NCBI GenBank assembly: GCA_965659285.1
Contig: CBFHWB010000003.1
Span: 1-62,196, forward strand
DNA: 62,196 nucleotides
DNA from: Planctomycetota bacterium
Lineage (GTDB): Bacteria; Planctomycetota; UBA8108
Direction of reading: 5' to 3'
The notes below the pieces were generated by a model. It was given only the letters and a program-made list of their open reading frames with translations. It made no database searches and was not told the origin of the DNA. Below are positions 9,536 to 18,223 of this stretch, piece after piece. The translations under genes were made by a program, and so were the position numbers. The first letter of the stretch is position 1. Each line of letters starts with the position of its first letter.

Positions 9536-10861
9536 TCAGGCCAGCAGCTCCTTGCGAACCTTGCCACCATCGCAGATCTCAATCGGTCGGTCTCCCGGAG
9601 CCATGAGCTCCTTGTCCGCGACGATACCCAGCTGGTGGTAGACCGTGGTCGCCCAGTCGGCGACCGAGAGGCCATCTTCCTCGGGCTCGGTGGCGGTCGC
9701 GTCGGACTTGCCGTAAATGAGCCCCTTCTTGATTCCTCCACCGGCCAGGACGATGCTGAATACCTTTGGCCAGTGATCCCTTCCCGCGTTTCCGTTGATC
9801 TTGGGAGTGCGCCCAAACTCGGTCGTTACCACGACCAGGGTTGAATCGAGTATCCCGCGTGTTTCCAGGTCGCTGATCAGCCGGGCAAAGGCCTGGTCGA
9901 AGGCCGGCATCTGTCCCCTCATCGAGTTGCGGATATTGTTGTGCATGTCCCAGCCGCCGTAGGTCAGGGTGACAAACCGAACCCCGGCTTCCACCAGCCT
10001 CCTGGCCAGCAGCAGGCGTTGCCCGGCGGCGTTGCGCCCATATTCATCGCGCAGCTTGGCGGGCTCGGCGTTGATGTTGAAGGCCTCCTTGGCCTCCTTT
10101 GAGCTGATGAGGCCGTAGGCTCTCTGGTAGAACGTGTCCATGGCCTCGAGGCCGTCGGACTTTTCTGTTTCCTTGAAGTGAGCGTTCACAGCCTCGAGAA
10201 TCGAGCGCCTGCGGTTGAAGCGTTCTGATTTGATCCCGCCGGCGAGATTGAGGTCGCGAACCTTGAAACCGCCGCTGGCGGGGTCGCTGCCGAGGCTGAA
10301 GGGGGCATAGGACGAGCTCAGGTAGCCGGAGCCGGCAAAGGTGTTGGGCTGCCCCGGTATGCAGACATAGGGCGGCAGGTTTTTGCGTGGTCCGAATTCG
10401 TGGGAGACGATACTGCCCATGCTCGGGAAGACGAGCGCGGGGCTGGGGCGGTAGCCCGTAAACATATTGTGTGTGCCGCGCTCGTGAGCGGCTTCACCAT
10501 GAGTCATCGAACGCACGACGGTAATCTTGTCGGCCACCTGGGCCGTTTTTTTCATAACCTCGCCGTAGCGTACGCCAGGAAGCTTGGTGCCGATATTGCC
10601 GAGCTCGCCGCGGTAGGCCAGGGGAGCGTAGGGCTTGGGGTCGAAGGTGTCCTGATGCGCCATGCCGCCGGGAAGGAAGATGTTGATGACGCTCTTGGCC
10701 GGACCTTCCTTGCTCTCGTAGAACTTCTGGTCGGCGCTTGCGGATTGAATACGAAAGTAATTATCGAGGGTCAGGCCCAGCCCGCCCAGGACTCCGACCT
10801 GGAGGAAGTCGCGGCGGGATGCCTTCAGGGGTGAAAGCCAGTTGGATGTAAGGCTCTTCAT
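9536..10861 (-). CDS. DUF1501 domain protein (sulfatase/alkaline-phosphatase-like, Tat signal)
   Basis: Twin-arginine signal SRRDFLQVGVLGGLGL. Conserved TTEFGRTPKINGNAGRDHWP block typical of DUF1501. Confidence 0.9.
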   Translation of the reverse strand: MKSLTSNWLSPLKASRRDFLQVGVLGGLGLTLDNYFRIQSASADQKFYESKEGPAKSVINIFLPGGMAHQDTFDPKPYAPLAYRGELGNIGTKLPGVRYGEVMKKTAQVADKITVVRSMTHGEAAHERGTHNMFTGYRPSPALVFPSMGSIVSHEFGPRKNLPPYVCIPGQPNTFAGSGYLSSSYAPFSLGSDPASGGFKVRDLNLAGGIKSERFNRRRSILEAVNAHFKETEKSDGLEAMDTFYQRAYGLISSKEAKEAFNINAEPAKLRDEYGRNAAGQRLLLARRLVEAGVRFVTLTYGGWDMHNNIRNSMRGQMPAFDQAFARLISDLETRGILDSTLVVVTTEFGRTPKINGNAGRDHWPKVFSIVLAGGGIKKGLIYGKSDATATEPEEDGLSVADWATTVYHQLGIVADKELMAPGDRPIEICDGGKVRKELLA

Positions 10862-11057
10862 CTCGGGGCTCCAGAGTGTATGACAAGTAATAAACCAAGC
10901 TGAATGAGAGGCTTCTACGCAGTAAAGGAGATGCTAATCCAAGCCTTTTCAGCTAGTCAACTTATTTAGCAAAAAGGAGTTAACTGCAGCCGTCCGGCTG
11001 GGGCAGCAGAGAAGCTTCACATCCGGGTCTTTTCAGGCAGGAGCGGGTGCCTGGAGA

Positions 11058-12158
11058 TCAGAAAAGGATCGCCCCGCGGGAGATTTTTCCCTCGAGCATA
11101 TCCGAGTAGGCGGTGTTGATCTCCTGCAGGGAGTAGGTTTTTGAGACCAGGGAGTCGAGCTCGAGCCGCCCATCGAGATAGAGTCCGGCGTAGAGGGGGA
11201 AGTCGCGTTGCGGGTCGCAGGAGCCGTAATAGGATCCAAGAATGGTTTTTTCCTGCCGGGTGATAATGGAGCCGGGGAAATCAGTCTCGCTTCCCATTGG
11301 TGAGAGGCCTACAAGGACAAGCTTTCCTCCGGGACGAACGGCGCCGAAGCTCATCTCCTGGACCTCCGGCGAGCCGACCGCCTCGAAGACGTAATCCGCG
11401 CCACGCTGGCAGGTCAGCTTCAGGATCTCGGCCTGCGTCGATTCATCAGCTTTCAGCGCCTCGGTGGCGCCGAAGGCGCGCGCCATCTCGAGCTTCGAGT
11501 CGTAGCGATCCACAGCGATGAGTTGTTCCGCGCCAGCCAGCCGGGCTCCAGCCAGTATGCTCAGGCCCACACCGCCCATCCCGTAGATGACGACCGACGT
11601 TCCGCGTTCAACCCGCGCCGTGTTGAGCACCGCGCCGAGGCCGGTTGTTACCGAGCAGCCGATCATCGCCGCGACCTCGAGTGGAACCTTCGGATCGATC
11701 GGAACACAGCTTGCCTCGGGAACCACCGCGTGGTCGGCGAAGCAGGCAAGGCCGCAATAATGGTAGACGGGCTGCCCATCGAGAGCCAGGCGGGTCGTTC
11801 CATCCAGCAGGGTTCCTCCCCAGAGAGGCCTCTGCCAGGTTTCACAGAGGGCAGGTCTTCGCCTGTCGCAGAAGAAGCAGCTTCCGCAGCCGGGCGCCCA
11901 GCTCAGGGCCACCTGGTCGCCCGGACTGACGGAGCCGACTCCCGGCCCCGTGGATTCGACAATCCCCGCGCCCTCGTGTCCTGCCACCGCAGGGAGGGGG
12001 TGTTCCGTCGCGCCTGTACGGACATTCCAGTCGCTGTGACAGATGCCGGCGGCGCGGATCCTGACCAGGACTTCCCCTTTTTCCGGTGGGGCCAGCTCGA
12101 GGGTCTTGACCTCGAAAGGTTGTCCTGCTCGCGTGACGACGGCTGCCTGTATTTTCAT
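11058..12158 (-). CDS. zinc-dependent alcohol dehydrogenase (class III-like MDR family)
   Basis: GICHSDW and GHEGAGIVESTG zinc motifs, the structural-zinc Cys cluster CGSCFFCDRRRPALC, and a GMGGVGLS Rossmann motif. Confidence 0.9.
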   Translation of the reverse strand: MKIQAAVVTRAGQPFEVKTLELAPPEKGEVLVRIRAAGICHSDWNVRTGATEHPLPAVAGHEGAGIVESTGPGVGSVSPGDQVALSWAPGCGSCFFCDRRRPALCETWQRPLWGGTLLDGTTRLALDGQPVYHYCGLACFADHAVVPEASCVPIDPKVPLEVAAMIGCSVTTGLGAVLNTARVERGTSVVIYGMGGVGLSILAGARLAGAEQLIAVDRYDSKLEMARAFGATEALKADESTQAEILKLTCQRGADYVFEAVGSPEVQEMSFGAVRPGGKLVLVGLSPMGSETDFPGSIITRQEKTILGSYYGSCDPQRDFPLYAGLYLDGRLELDSLVSKTYSLQEINTAYSDMLEGKISRGAILF

Positions 12159-12281
12159 TTATGCCTGCTACCGGAGGATTCCTGGTTGGTATCCGATCCT
12201 CGAGTAGACCATAGGCACGCAGATCCCCTGGTCAAGAAAGACTCCGCCAGAGACCATTTACCAGAGAGGGTTTCCCCGGTG

Positions 12282-13394
12282 TCAGAAATAGGCTTCCCAG
12301 CGATTGCCTTCGTATACGCAGGCCTGCCAGATCAGCAGGAGGAGGAAGACAGAGCCGCTGCAGAGCAGAATCAGCCGCCAGAGGTCGACAAATTCCTTGT
12401 CCTCCGTAGCGGGCACGAAGTCCTCCGCTTCAACTTCGGCGCCTTCTTCATCCACGGTCCTGGCTGTGGCTGAAGAAGCTTCAGTGTTGGCTTCCGTCAT
12501 CGAGGCCGCGTCTCCATAGGCGGAGTTCAGGAACACGATGCCGCTGAAGCAGATTATCATCAGGCAGGAGAGCAGGGTCAGGACCAGGGCCTTCTTGCCC
12601 TCGCCGGCCTTGGCTGTGCTGACGGTGCGCAGGAAGCTGTCGTCCGGTTTTTTGCCTACGTGGAAGCATTCCGGGCAGGTGACGATATCTTCCGAGTAGG
12701 TCGCCGAGAGAGCGAGAACCGAGTAGCATTCGCTGCAGATGAAGTCGAGCCTCTTGCCGCCCGAGGCCTTCGCGGGCACGGGGCTTACGGACTTTTTCGG
12801 CTTGGCGGAGCCTTCCTTGGAGGCGAACCCCTTGCTCTTCTTCTTGCCCTTCTTGGGAGCCGTGAAGCTTTTCTTCCTGGACGAGCCGGTATCGTCTTCT
12901 TCGGATTCGTTGAGAACCATCTCGGTGTCTACATCCGTGTCGCTGCCGCCATCGTCTTCCAACTCAGGAACTTCTTCCTCGATTTCGGAGCCGATATCTT
13001 CCGGCAGACTGTCGGGAACATCAGGAAGTTCCGGGGGCTGGTCATCCTCGCTAAGTACATCGGTGGCATCCTCGGTCTCGTCGTCTGCGAGCAGGGCATC
13101 CAGCTCATCAGAGGAGAGCTCCGCAGGCTCGGCGCCGCCATCGTCTTCCGCGGGGGAATCGGCTTCGGACAGGAGAGAGTCGAGCTCTTCTTCGGAAATC
13201 TCGCCGCCGGAATCTTCATCTTCGGACTCAACCTCGAGCAGATCGTCGTCGCTCAGCAGGTCATCGTCTTCAGATGAGTCGTCGTTAGTATTTTCTGCGT
13301 CGCCTTCTCCCAGGAGATCGTCCAGATCGTCGTCGTCCAGATTGATCTCTTCGAGCGGATCGTCAGCGAAAGAATCTTCGTTTTCGTTAGCCAT
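12282..13394 (-). CDS. hypothetical membrane protein: hyper-acidic disordered N-terminus, zinc-ribbon, two TM helices
   Basis: ATG 13394 is preceded by GAGGAG. The first ~170-190 residues are dominated by D/E/S. A basic linker follows, then CSEC...17 aa...CPEC (zinc ribbon), then two hydrophobic helices. Confidence 0.65.
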   Translation of the reverse strand: MANENEDSFADDPLEEINLDDDDLDDLLGEGDAENTNDDSSEDDDLLSDDDLLEVESEDEDSGGEISEEELDSLLSEADSPAEDDGGAEPAELSSDELDALLADDETEDATDVLSEDDQPPELPDVPDSLPEDIGSEIEEEVPELEDDGGSDTDVDTEMVLNESEEDDTGSSRKKSFTAPKKGKKKSKGFASKEGSAKPKKSVSPVPAKASGGKRLDFICSECYSVLALSATYSEDIVTCPECFHVGKKPDDSFLRTVSTAKAGEGKKALVLTLLSCLMIICFSGIVFLNSAYGDAASMTEANTEASSATARTVDEEGAEVEAEDFVPATEDKEFVDLWRLILLCSGSVFLLLLIWQACVYEGNRWEAYF

Positions 13395-13559
13395 AATGAC
13401 TCCTCGGAGTTTGATTTTGTCTCTGATGTGCAGACCCCGCGACATCAAGACCTTAGCTGTTTTATGTTATCACAAGGAAAGTCGCCGGAACCGAAAAAAT
13501 ACCCGCAAACACGGATGTTCAGTATTTGTTAATGCTTACAGGCAAGGGGTTTGGCGAAA

Positions 13560-14083
13560 AAAAAGGATCGAATAGCATGGATCGGTTGACGCGACCGGAA
13601 TCCTGCGTAACTTCCGATAAACGGGTCGCTGCAGGGGTTTGGCCTGCAGTGGTATTACCGATGTCGGCTTTCCCGGGTGGTGAACTGGAGTCCTGGTTTC
13701 AAGTTGGCTTGACACGGTGGGATGGAGCTCTAGGATGATGGTATGAGCCGGTACAGGTCCAACGCAGACCAAAGGCGTAGAACGCGGGCTATAGAGTTCG
13801 CGGCGTCTTGCCGGATTCGGGGGCGGCCATCGACCGCTGTCGCCGATGAGGCGGGTTCTGGACCCGCCGGAACAGGTCGAGAAAGGAGGTGGTCAATATA
13901 TGTATCATTCTATGGTGATAAGTGAGGTGGTGACCTCCTGATTGATTGAAGATCCCGAGGGTGCTTGCCGGTACCCCCCGGACTCAGGAGAGTCAGGGAG
14001 GATCCAGGCGCCACCGGAGCCCTGATGGTCCGCATCATCGCCTGCGGGAGGCCTCTCCAGAGGCCGGCCATCAGGGCTTTTTT
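13560..14083 (+). ncRNA. candidate structured RNA / leader region (unclassified)
   Basis: No credible protein ORF on either strand. Stable hairpins lie at 13629..13649, 13850..13868 and 13981..13994. A strong SD plus 13-codon mini-ORF sits at 13883..13941. The region ends in a plus-strand terminator. Confidence 0.3.
14020..14083 (+). terminator. intrinsic terminator-like nested hairpin followed by a T-tract
   Basis: CCCTGATGG (14020..14028) pairs with CCATCAGGG (14068..14076). This encloses the GGCCTCT-CC-AGAGGCC hairpin (14050..14065) and is followed by CTTTTTTA. The U-tract exists only for the plus strand. Confidence 0.45.
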
Positions 14084-14103
14084 ATGTTCTTATAAGCGAC
14101 CCG

Positions 14104-15243
14104 TCAGGCGCCGCTCTCGATGCCCATTTCCTCAAGCACGCTCGCGATGGCCGCCAGGAGATTTTTCACATCGCCCTGTTCGATACGGCCGATGTTGCCG
14201 ATACGGAAGCAGTCGGCATCGCTGACCTTGCCGGGATAGATGACCAGGTCTTTCTCGCTCAGCCGGGTATAGAACTCCGTGAAATCAAAGGCCGGGTGGG
14301 TCGGATAGCGGAACGAGGTGATGATGTAGCCCTGGTCTTCACGCGGCAGGTATTCCCTGAAGCCCAGCGTGCTCATTCCCGCCACCAGGGTGTCGTAGTT
14401 TCCACTGTAGCGAGCCGCCCTGCCGGCGACCCCGCCTTCTTCGGCCAGCTCTTCCAGCGCCTTCTCAAAGGCCAGGATCGTATGGGTTGGCGGTGTGAAG
14501 CGGAATTGGCCATTGGACTCGAGCCCCTTCCATTGGGCGAAGAGGTCCAGGCTCAGGCTGCGAGCCTGTCCCTCACAGCGCGCGAGTTCCTCGCCGCGGC
14601 AGATGGCGAAGGAGAAGCCGGGGACGCCTTCGATGCATTTATTGGCGGAGGAGACCAGGAAATCAACCCTGGCCTTCTCCAGGTCCAGCGCGACGGCTCC
14701 GAAGCTGCTCATCGCGTCTACGATATAGGTTTTGCCGCGCTCACGGACGAGCGCTCCGGTCTCCTCGACCGGGTTGATGATCCCGGTGGTCGTTTCACAG
14801 TGGACGATGGCTACAGTCGTGATCGAGCCATCCGCATCGAGGCGGCTGGCGACCGCGTCCGGGTCGGTCTTCGTGTTCTCGCCGCAGCGCAGGGCCTCGC
14901 ATTCGATTCCCAGCACGCCGGCAATCTTCAGCATTCTCTCGCCATAGGCGCCGTTGATGACCACCAGGAGCTTGCCGCCGGGAGGTACCGCTGAACCGAT
15001 CACGGATTCCACCCCGAAGGTTCCACTCCCCTGCATGAGCGCGCACTCGTAGCCTTTCTCCCTGGAGAGTCCGGCAAGGCCGAGGAGGCTGTTGCGGATG
15101 GTTTCTATCGCCGCGATGAAGGCGGTGTCGCGCGAGCCGAGATCTTGCAGCATGGCTTCTTTGACCGTGGAACTGGTGGTCAGCGGCCCCGGGGTAAAGA
15201 GGAGCTTGTCTTTTTTTTCACCGGTGCGGTCCGGGCTGGTCAT
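14104..15243 (-). CDS. phnW: 2-aminoethylphosphonate--pyruvate transaminase
   Basis: Class V aminotransferase with the PhnW-type N-terminus KLLFTPGPLTTSSTVKEAMLQDLGSRD. It is co-linear with phnY and phnA. ATG 15243 avoids overlapping phnY. Confidence 0.88.
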   Translation of the reverse strand: MTSPDRTGEKKDKLLFTPGPLTTSSTVKEAMLQDLGSRDTAFIAAIETIRNSLLGLAGLSREKGYECALMQGSGTFGVESVIGSAVPPGGKLLVVINGAYGERMLKIAGVLGIECEALRCGENTKTDPDAVASRLDADGSITTVAIVHCETTTGIINPVEETGALVRERGKTYIVDAMSSFGAVALDLEKARVDFLVSSANKCIEGVPGFSFAICRGEELARCEGQARSLSLDLFAQWKGLESNGQFRFTPPTHTILAFEKALEELAEEGGVAGRAARYSGNYDTLVAGMSTLGFREYLPREDQGYIITSFRYPTHPAFDFTEFYTRLSEKDLVIYPGKVSDADCFRIGNIGRIEQGDVKNLLAAIASVLEEMGIESGA

Positions 15244-15263
15244 GTCTGCTATAGAGTCCTTTC

Positions 15264-16679
15264 CTACCACGGCATCGAGAAGGTCTTGACGTAGGTCATT
15301 CCCTTCATAGCTTCGATGACGCCCTCCTTCACCCCGAGCCCCGAATCCTTGACCCCCCCGAAAGGAGAGCACTCGATTCGATAGCCGGGCACCTGGTTGA
15401 TATTGACAGTCCCTGTCTGGATCCCTTTGACCGCGCGGATGGCCCGGTCCATATCCCGGGTTACGATTCCCGAAGAGAGGCCGTAGGCGGTGGCGTTGGC
15501 AAGAGAGATGGCGTCTTCGATATCGCTGACCGACATGATGGGGGCCAGCGGACCGAAAGACTCTTTGACGACCATCTCCGCATCTCGCGGCACATCCGCG
15601 ATAACCGTGGGGGTCATCAGGGCGCCCTCTCGCGTCCCTCCCAGGAGCACACGGGCGCCGAGGGCCACCGCATCGTTGACGACCTTCTCGAGGTAGATCG
15701 CCGCATCCTCGTCGATAACCGTTCCAACGCGGGTGCCTGGATCGCTCGGGTCGCCGTAATTATATTTGCCGGCCTCTTCGACGAAGCGCTCCGTGAACGT
15801 TTCAAGGATCGCCTCATGCACCAGGAGTCGCTTGACCGCCGTGCAGCGTTGTCCCGAGTTTCTAAAGCAACCCTCGGCGGCAAGGTTGATCGCGAGGTCG
15901 AGGTCGGCATCCTCCATGATGATCAGGGGCGAATTTCCCCCGAGCTCCAGCACCAGCTTCTTATAGCCGGCGCGCTCGGCGATCATTTTCCCCACCACCT
16001 CTCCTCCGGTGAAGCTGACCACCTCGACGCGCGGGTCGGTGACCAGGGTGTCGGCGACCTCCGAACTCGGCCCAACCAGGACACTCAGCATCCAGCCAGG
16101 TAGGCCCGCCTCGTAGAGGAGCTCGGTGATCTTGACGGCGACCAGGGGAGTCTTGCTCGATGGCTTCAGGATGGTAGCCGCGCCGCAGGCGATCGCCGGG
16201 GCGATCTTGTGCAGAACCTGGTTGAGTGGGTGGTTGAACGGGGTGATTGCCGCGACCAGCTTGTGCGGTTCACGGAGGGTGAAGATCTTGCGGGATTTTC
16301 CATGTGGAGAAACGTCACAGGAAAAAATCTCCCCATCGTCCTTCAGCGCCTCCATGGCGGAAAACTGCAGAACGTCGTGTCCGCGTCCGACCTCGTAGGT
16401 GGTCTCCTTGAGGCAGAGCCCCGATTCCGCTGTGATGAGCGAGGAGAACTCCTCGGCTCTCTCCAGCAGCATACGGCGTGCCTTGTCGAGAATTTCATAG
16501 CGTTGGTAGCGGCTCAGCGTCTCGCCGCCTTGCAGCGCCGTCTCGATAGCCTCGATGGTTTCGGCCTTGCCGAGGTTGGCGACGGTGCCGGCCACCTCCC
16601 CGTTGTAGGGATTGTAGACGGACAGCTTGTCTTCCCGGTTGACGGCCTGCCCGGCGATGTAGCAGGGATAATCGTTCAT
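15264..16679 (-). CDS. phnY: phosphonoacetaldehyde dehydrogenase (aldehyde dehydrogenase family)
   Basis: ALDH-family motifs (ELGGNSP, catalytic Cys in GQRCTA). It sits between phnA and phnW, with an ATGA start/stop overlap with phnA. Confidence 0.8.
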   Translation of the reverse strand: MNDYPCYIAGQAVNREDKLSVYNPYNGEVAGTVANLGKAETIEAIETALQGGETLSRYQRYEILDKARRMLLERAEEFSSLITAESGLCLKETTYEVGRGHDVLQFSAMEALKDDGEIFSCDVSPHGKSRKIFTLREPHKLVAAITPFNHPLNQVLHKIAPAIACGAATILKPSSKTPLVAVKITELLYEAGLPGWMLSVLVGPSSEVADTLVTDPRVEVVSFTGGEVVGKMIAERAGYKKLVLELGGNSPLIIMEDADLDLAINLAAEGCFRNSGQRCTAVKRLLVHEAILETFTERFVEEAGKYNYGDPSDPGTRVGTVIDEDAAIYLEKVVNDAVALGARVLLGGTREGALMTPTVIADVPRDAEMVVKESFGPLAPIMSVSDIEDAISLANATAYGLSSGIVTRDMDRAIRAVKGIQTGTVNINQVPGYRIECSPFGGVKDSGLGVKEGVIEAMKGMTYVKTFSMPW

Positions 16680-17917
16680 GTCTGGATTCCGTTGGTGGTG
16701 AATTCGAAGATGTCGAAGTTTCTCAGGTCCCCGGTTCTCCTGGAATATTCGGCATTGATTTTTTCTGACAGTAAAAAGGGAACCATCTCTTCGTAGCGTC
16801 CTCCGTGAGAGCGGAGGCCATCCTGGATGGCCGCGAGGTCATGGTAGTCCGGAGTTCTTCCAATGACGACATCGCGACCGGACAATACCACGACATCCCC
16901 GATCCTGTCAGCCGGAAGCTCGAGTTTGCGCGCAGCCGTAGGCCGGTCATACGCCTCGGTGATACCATCGAGCTTGAGCAGCCGGGAGATGATCGTTCCG
17001 GCATCGATGGAGTCCGGGAGATGTACGCAGGCCAGCGAGCCCAGGGCCCCGTGGTGAAGAACATAGGGGTCAGTGATGGGCAGGATGACCTTGACCTCTT
17101 CCTTGAGCTCTTCAGAGAGCAGGCTCTCGAGGTAGATGACGTTGGGCTCTCCCGCGGCGGTCTGCTTGGAATTCATTCCATGGTCGGCCGTCGCTCCGAC
17201 AACGGCCCCCAGGTCAAGCAGCTGTCCAAGCTCGTAGTCGAGGGCCGCGTAGAAATCGAGGGACTCGGTGTCTTCCGGGGTGAACTTGTGCTGCATATAG
17301 TCAGTCAGCGAGAGGTAAAGAAAATCCGCTTTTTCCCGTTCGATGAGGGCAACACCCGCCTTGAGAACAAAGAGGCTGGCGGCCGCGCTGTAGATCTCCG
17401 GGGTCGCCTCGCCAACCAGCTCCTCTACCCCTGAGATTCCATGGGTGCCCTCGACGGCCTGGTCGGCCTTTTCGGCAGAGAAGGCGATGCCATCGAGCTC
17501 GTGAGAGAGGATGTCCCGGAGCTTTTCCTTCGCCGTAACCATCGCCACCTTCCGGCCGGCCTGTGCCGCGGCTGCAAGGATGGTTCCGCAGCGCAGGTAG
17601 GATGGCGAGTTCATCATCACCTCCTCTCCCGTTTCCGGGTCGAGAAAGAAATTTCCGCTGATCCCATGAACAGCCGGCGGCGTTCCGGTAGTGATCGAGG
17701 AGTTGTTTACGTTAGTGAAGGAGGGAAGGGCACCGCGGGCCATGGCCCGGAAGGCGCCTTCCTCGAGCAGCCTGGCCAGCCTGGGCATCCGGCCGAGGGC
17801 GAGGGATGTGTCGAGGTATTCATCCGCGCACCCATCGATGCAGATAACGGCTACTGGCCGCGCGGGCGGGCGGTAGGTTCTGTCGTTGACGGTAAATTCG
17901 TTCGTGGCGGGCGGCAT
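16676..17917 (-). CDS. phnA: phosphonoacetate hydrolase
   Basis: Matches my recollection of the characterised PhnA along its length: VAVICIDGC.DEY, PSFTNVNNSSITTG.PP.VHGI.GNFF, TADHGMN, PITDPYV.HHGALGS, LRSHGG. Confidence 0.9.
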   Translation of the reverse strand: MPPATNEFTVNDRTYRPPARPVAVICIDGCADEYLDTSLALGRMPRLARLLEEGAFRAMARGALPSFTNVNNSSITTGTPPAVHGISGNFFLDPETGEEVMMNSPSYLRCGTILAAAAQAGRKVAMVTAKEKLRDILSHELDGIAFSAEKADQAVEGTHGISGVEELVGEATPEIYSAAASLFVLKAGVALIEREKADFLYLSLTDYMQHKFTPEDTESLDFYAALDYELGQLLDLGAVVGATADHGMNSKQTAAGEPNVIYLESLLSEELKEEVKVILPITDPYVLHHGALGSLACVHLPDSIDAGTIISRLLKLDGITEAYDRPTAARKLELPADRIGDVVVLSGRDVVIGRTPDYHDLAAIQDGLRSHGGRYEEMVPFLLSEKINAEYSRRTGDLRNFDIFEFTTNGIQT

Positions 17918-18223
17918 AGGCCTTCGTTTCTGTTTGCTGGGTCCAGTGTGCCGACTCGAATGAGCCGGAATACCGGGCTGAGGATAGATATACAAGGGAT
18001 CTATTTCCAGCGCGAAACAGACGGCCGAGGCTTCCAGGGGACAATTAAGGTCCGAAAAACAAGATCAGGGTCAAGAAGCCGGGGCCGCCTTGGCGAAGAA
18101 CCCTATAGGGAAGAAGAATCCCGATGAGGCTTCAGCGCGATTTCCTTTAGAGGCTGTTGGGGGCGGCTCCTCCCCGATTCCGGTGCCGGAGGAAGATTTC
18201 AATTCAGGAGCAGGAGATCAGAA

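Noticed and set aside
10985-11010. Possible terminator after the alcohol dehydrogenase gene (CAGCC-GGAC-GGCTG on the minus strand)
   Set aside because: The stem is only 5 bp and the T-run starts about 12 nt downstream. This is too weak to call.
13449-14103. tmRNA, RNase P RNA, SRP RNA or a tRNA in the long spacer
   Set aside because: I found none of the diagnostic strings on either strand: GAGGAAAGTCCGGGC for RNase P, GGAAGCAGC for SRP, a T-arm GGTTCGAATCC-type sequence with CCA end, or an ALAA-stop tag frame. The region is therefore reported only as an unclassified candidate RNA.
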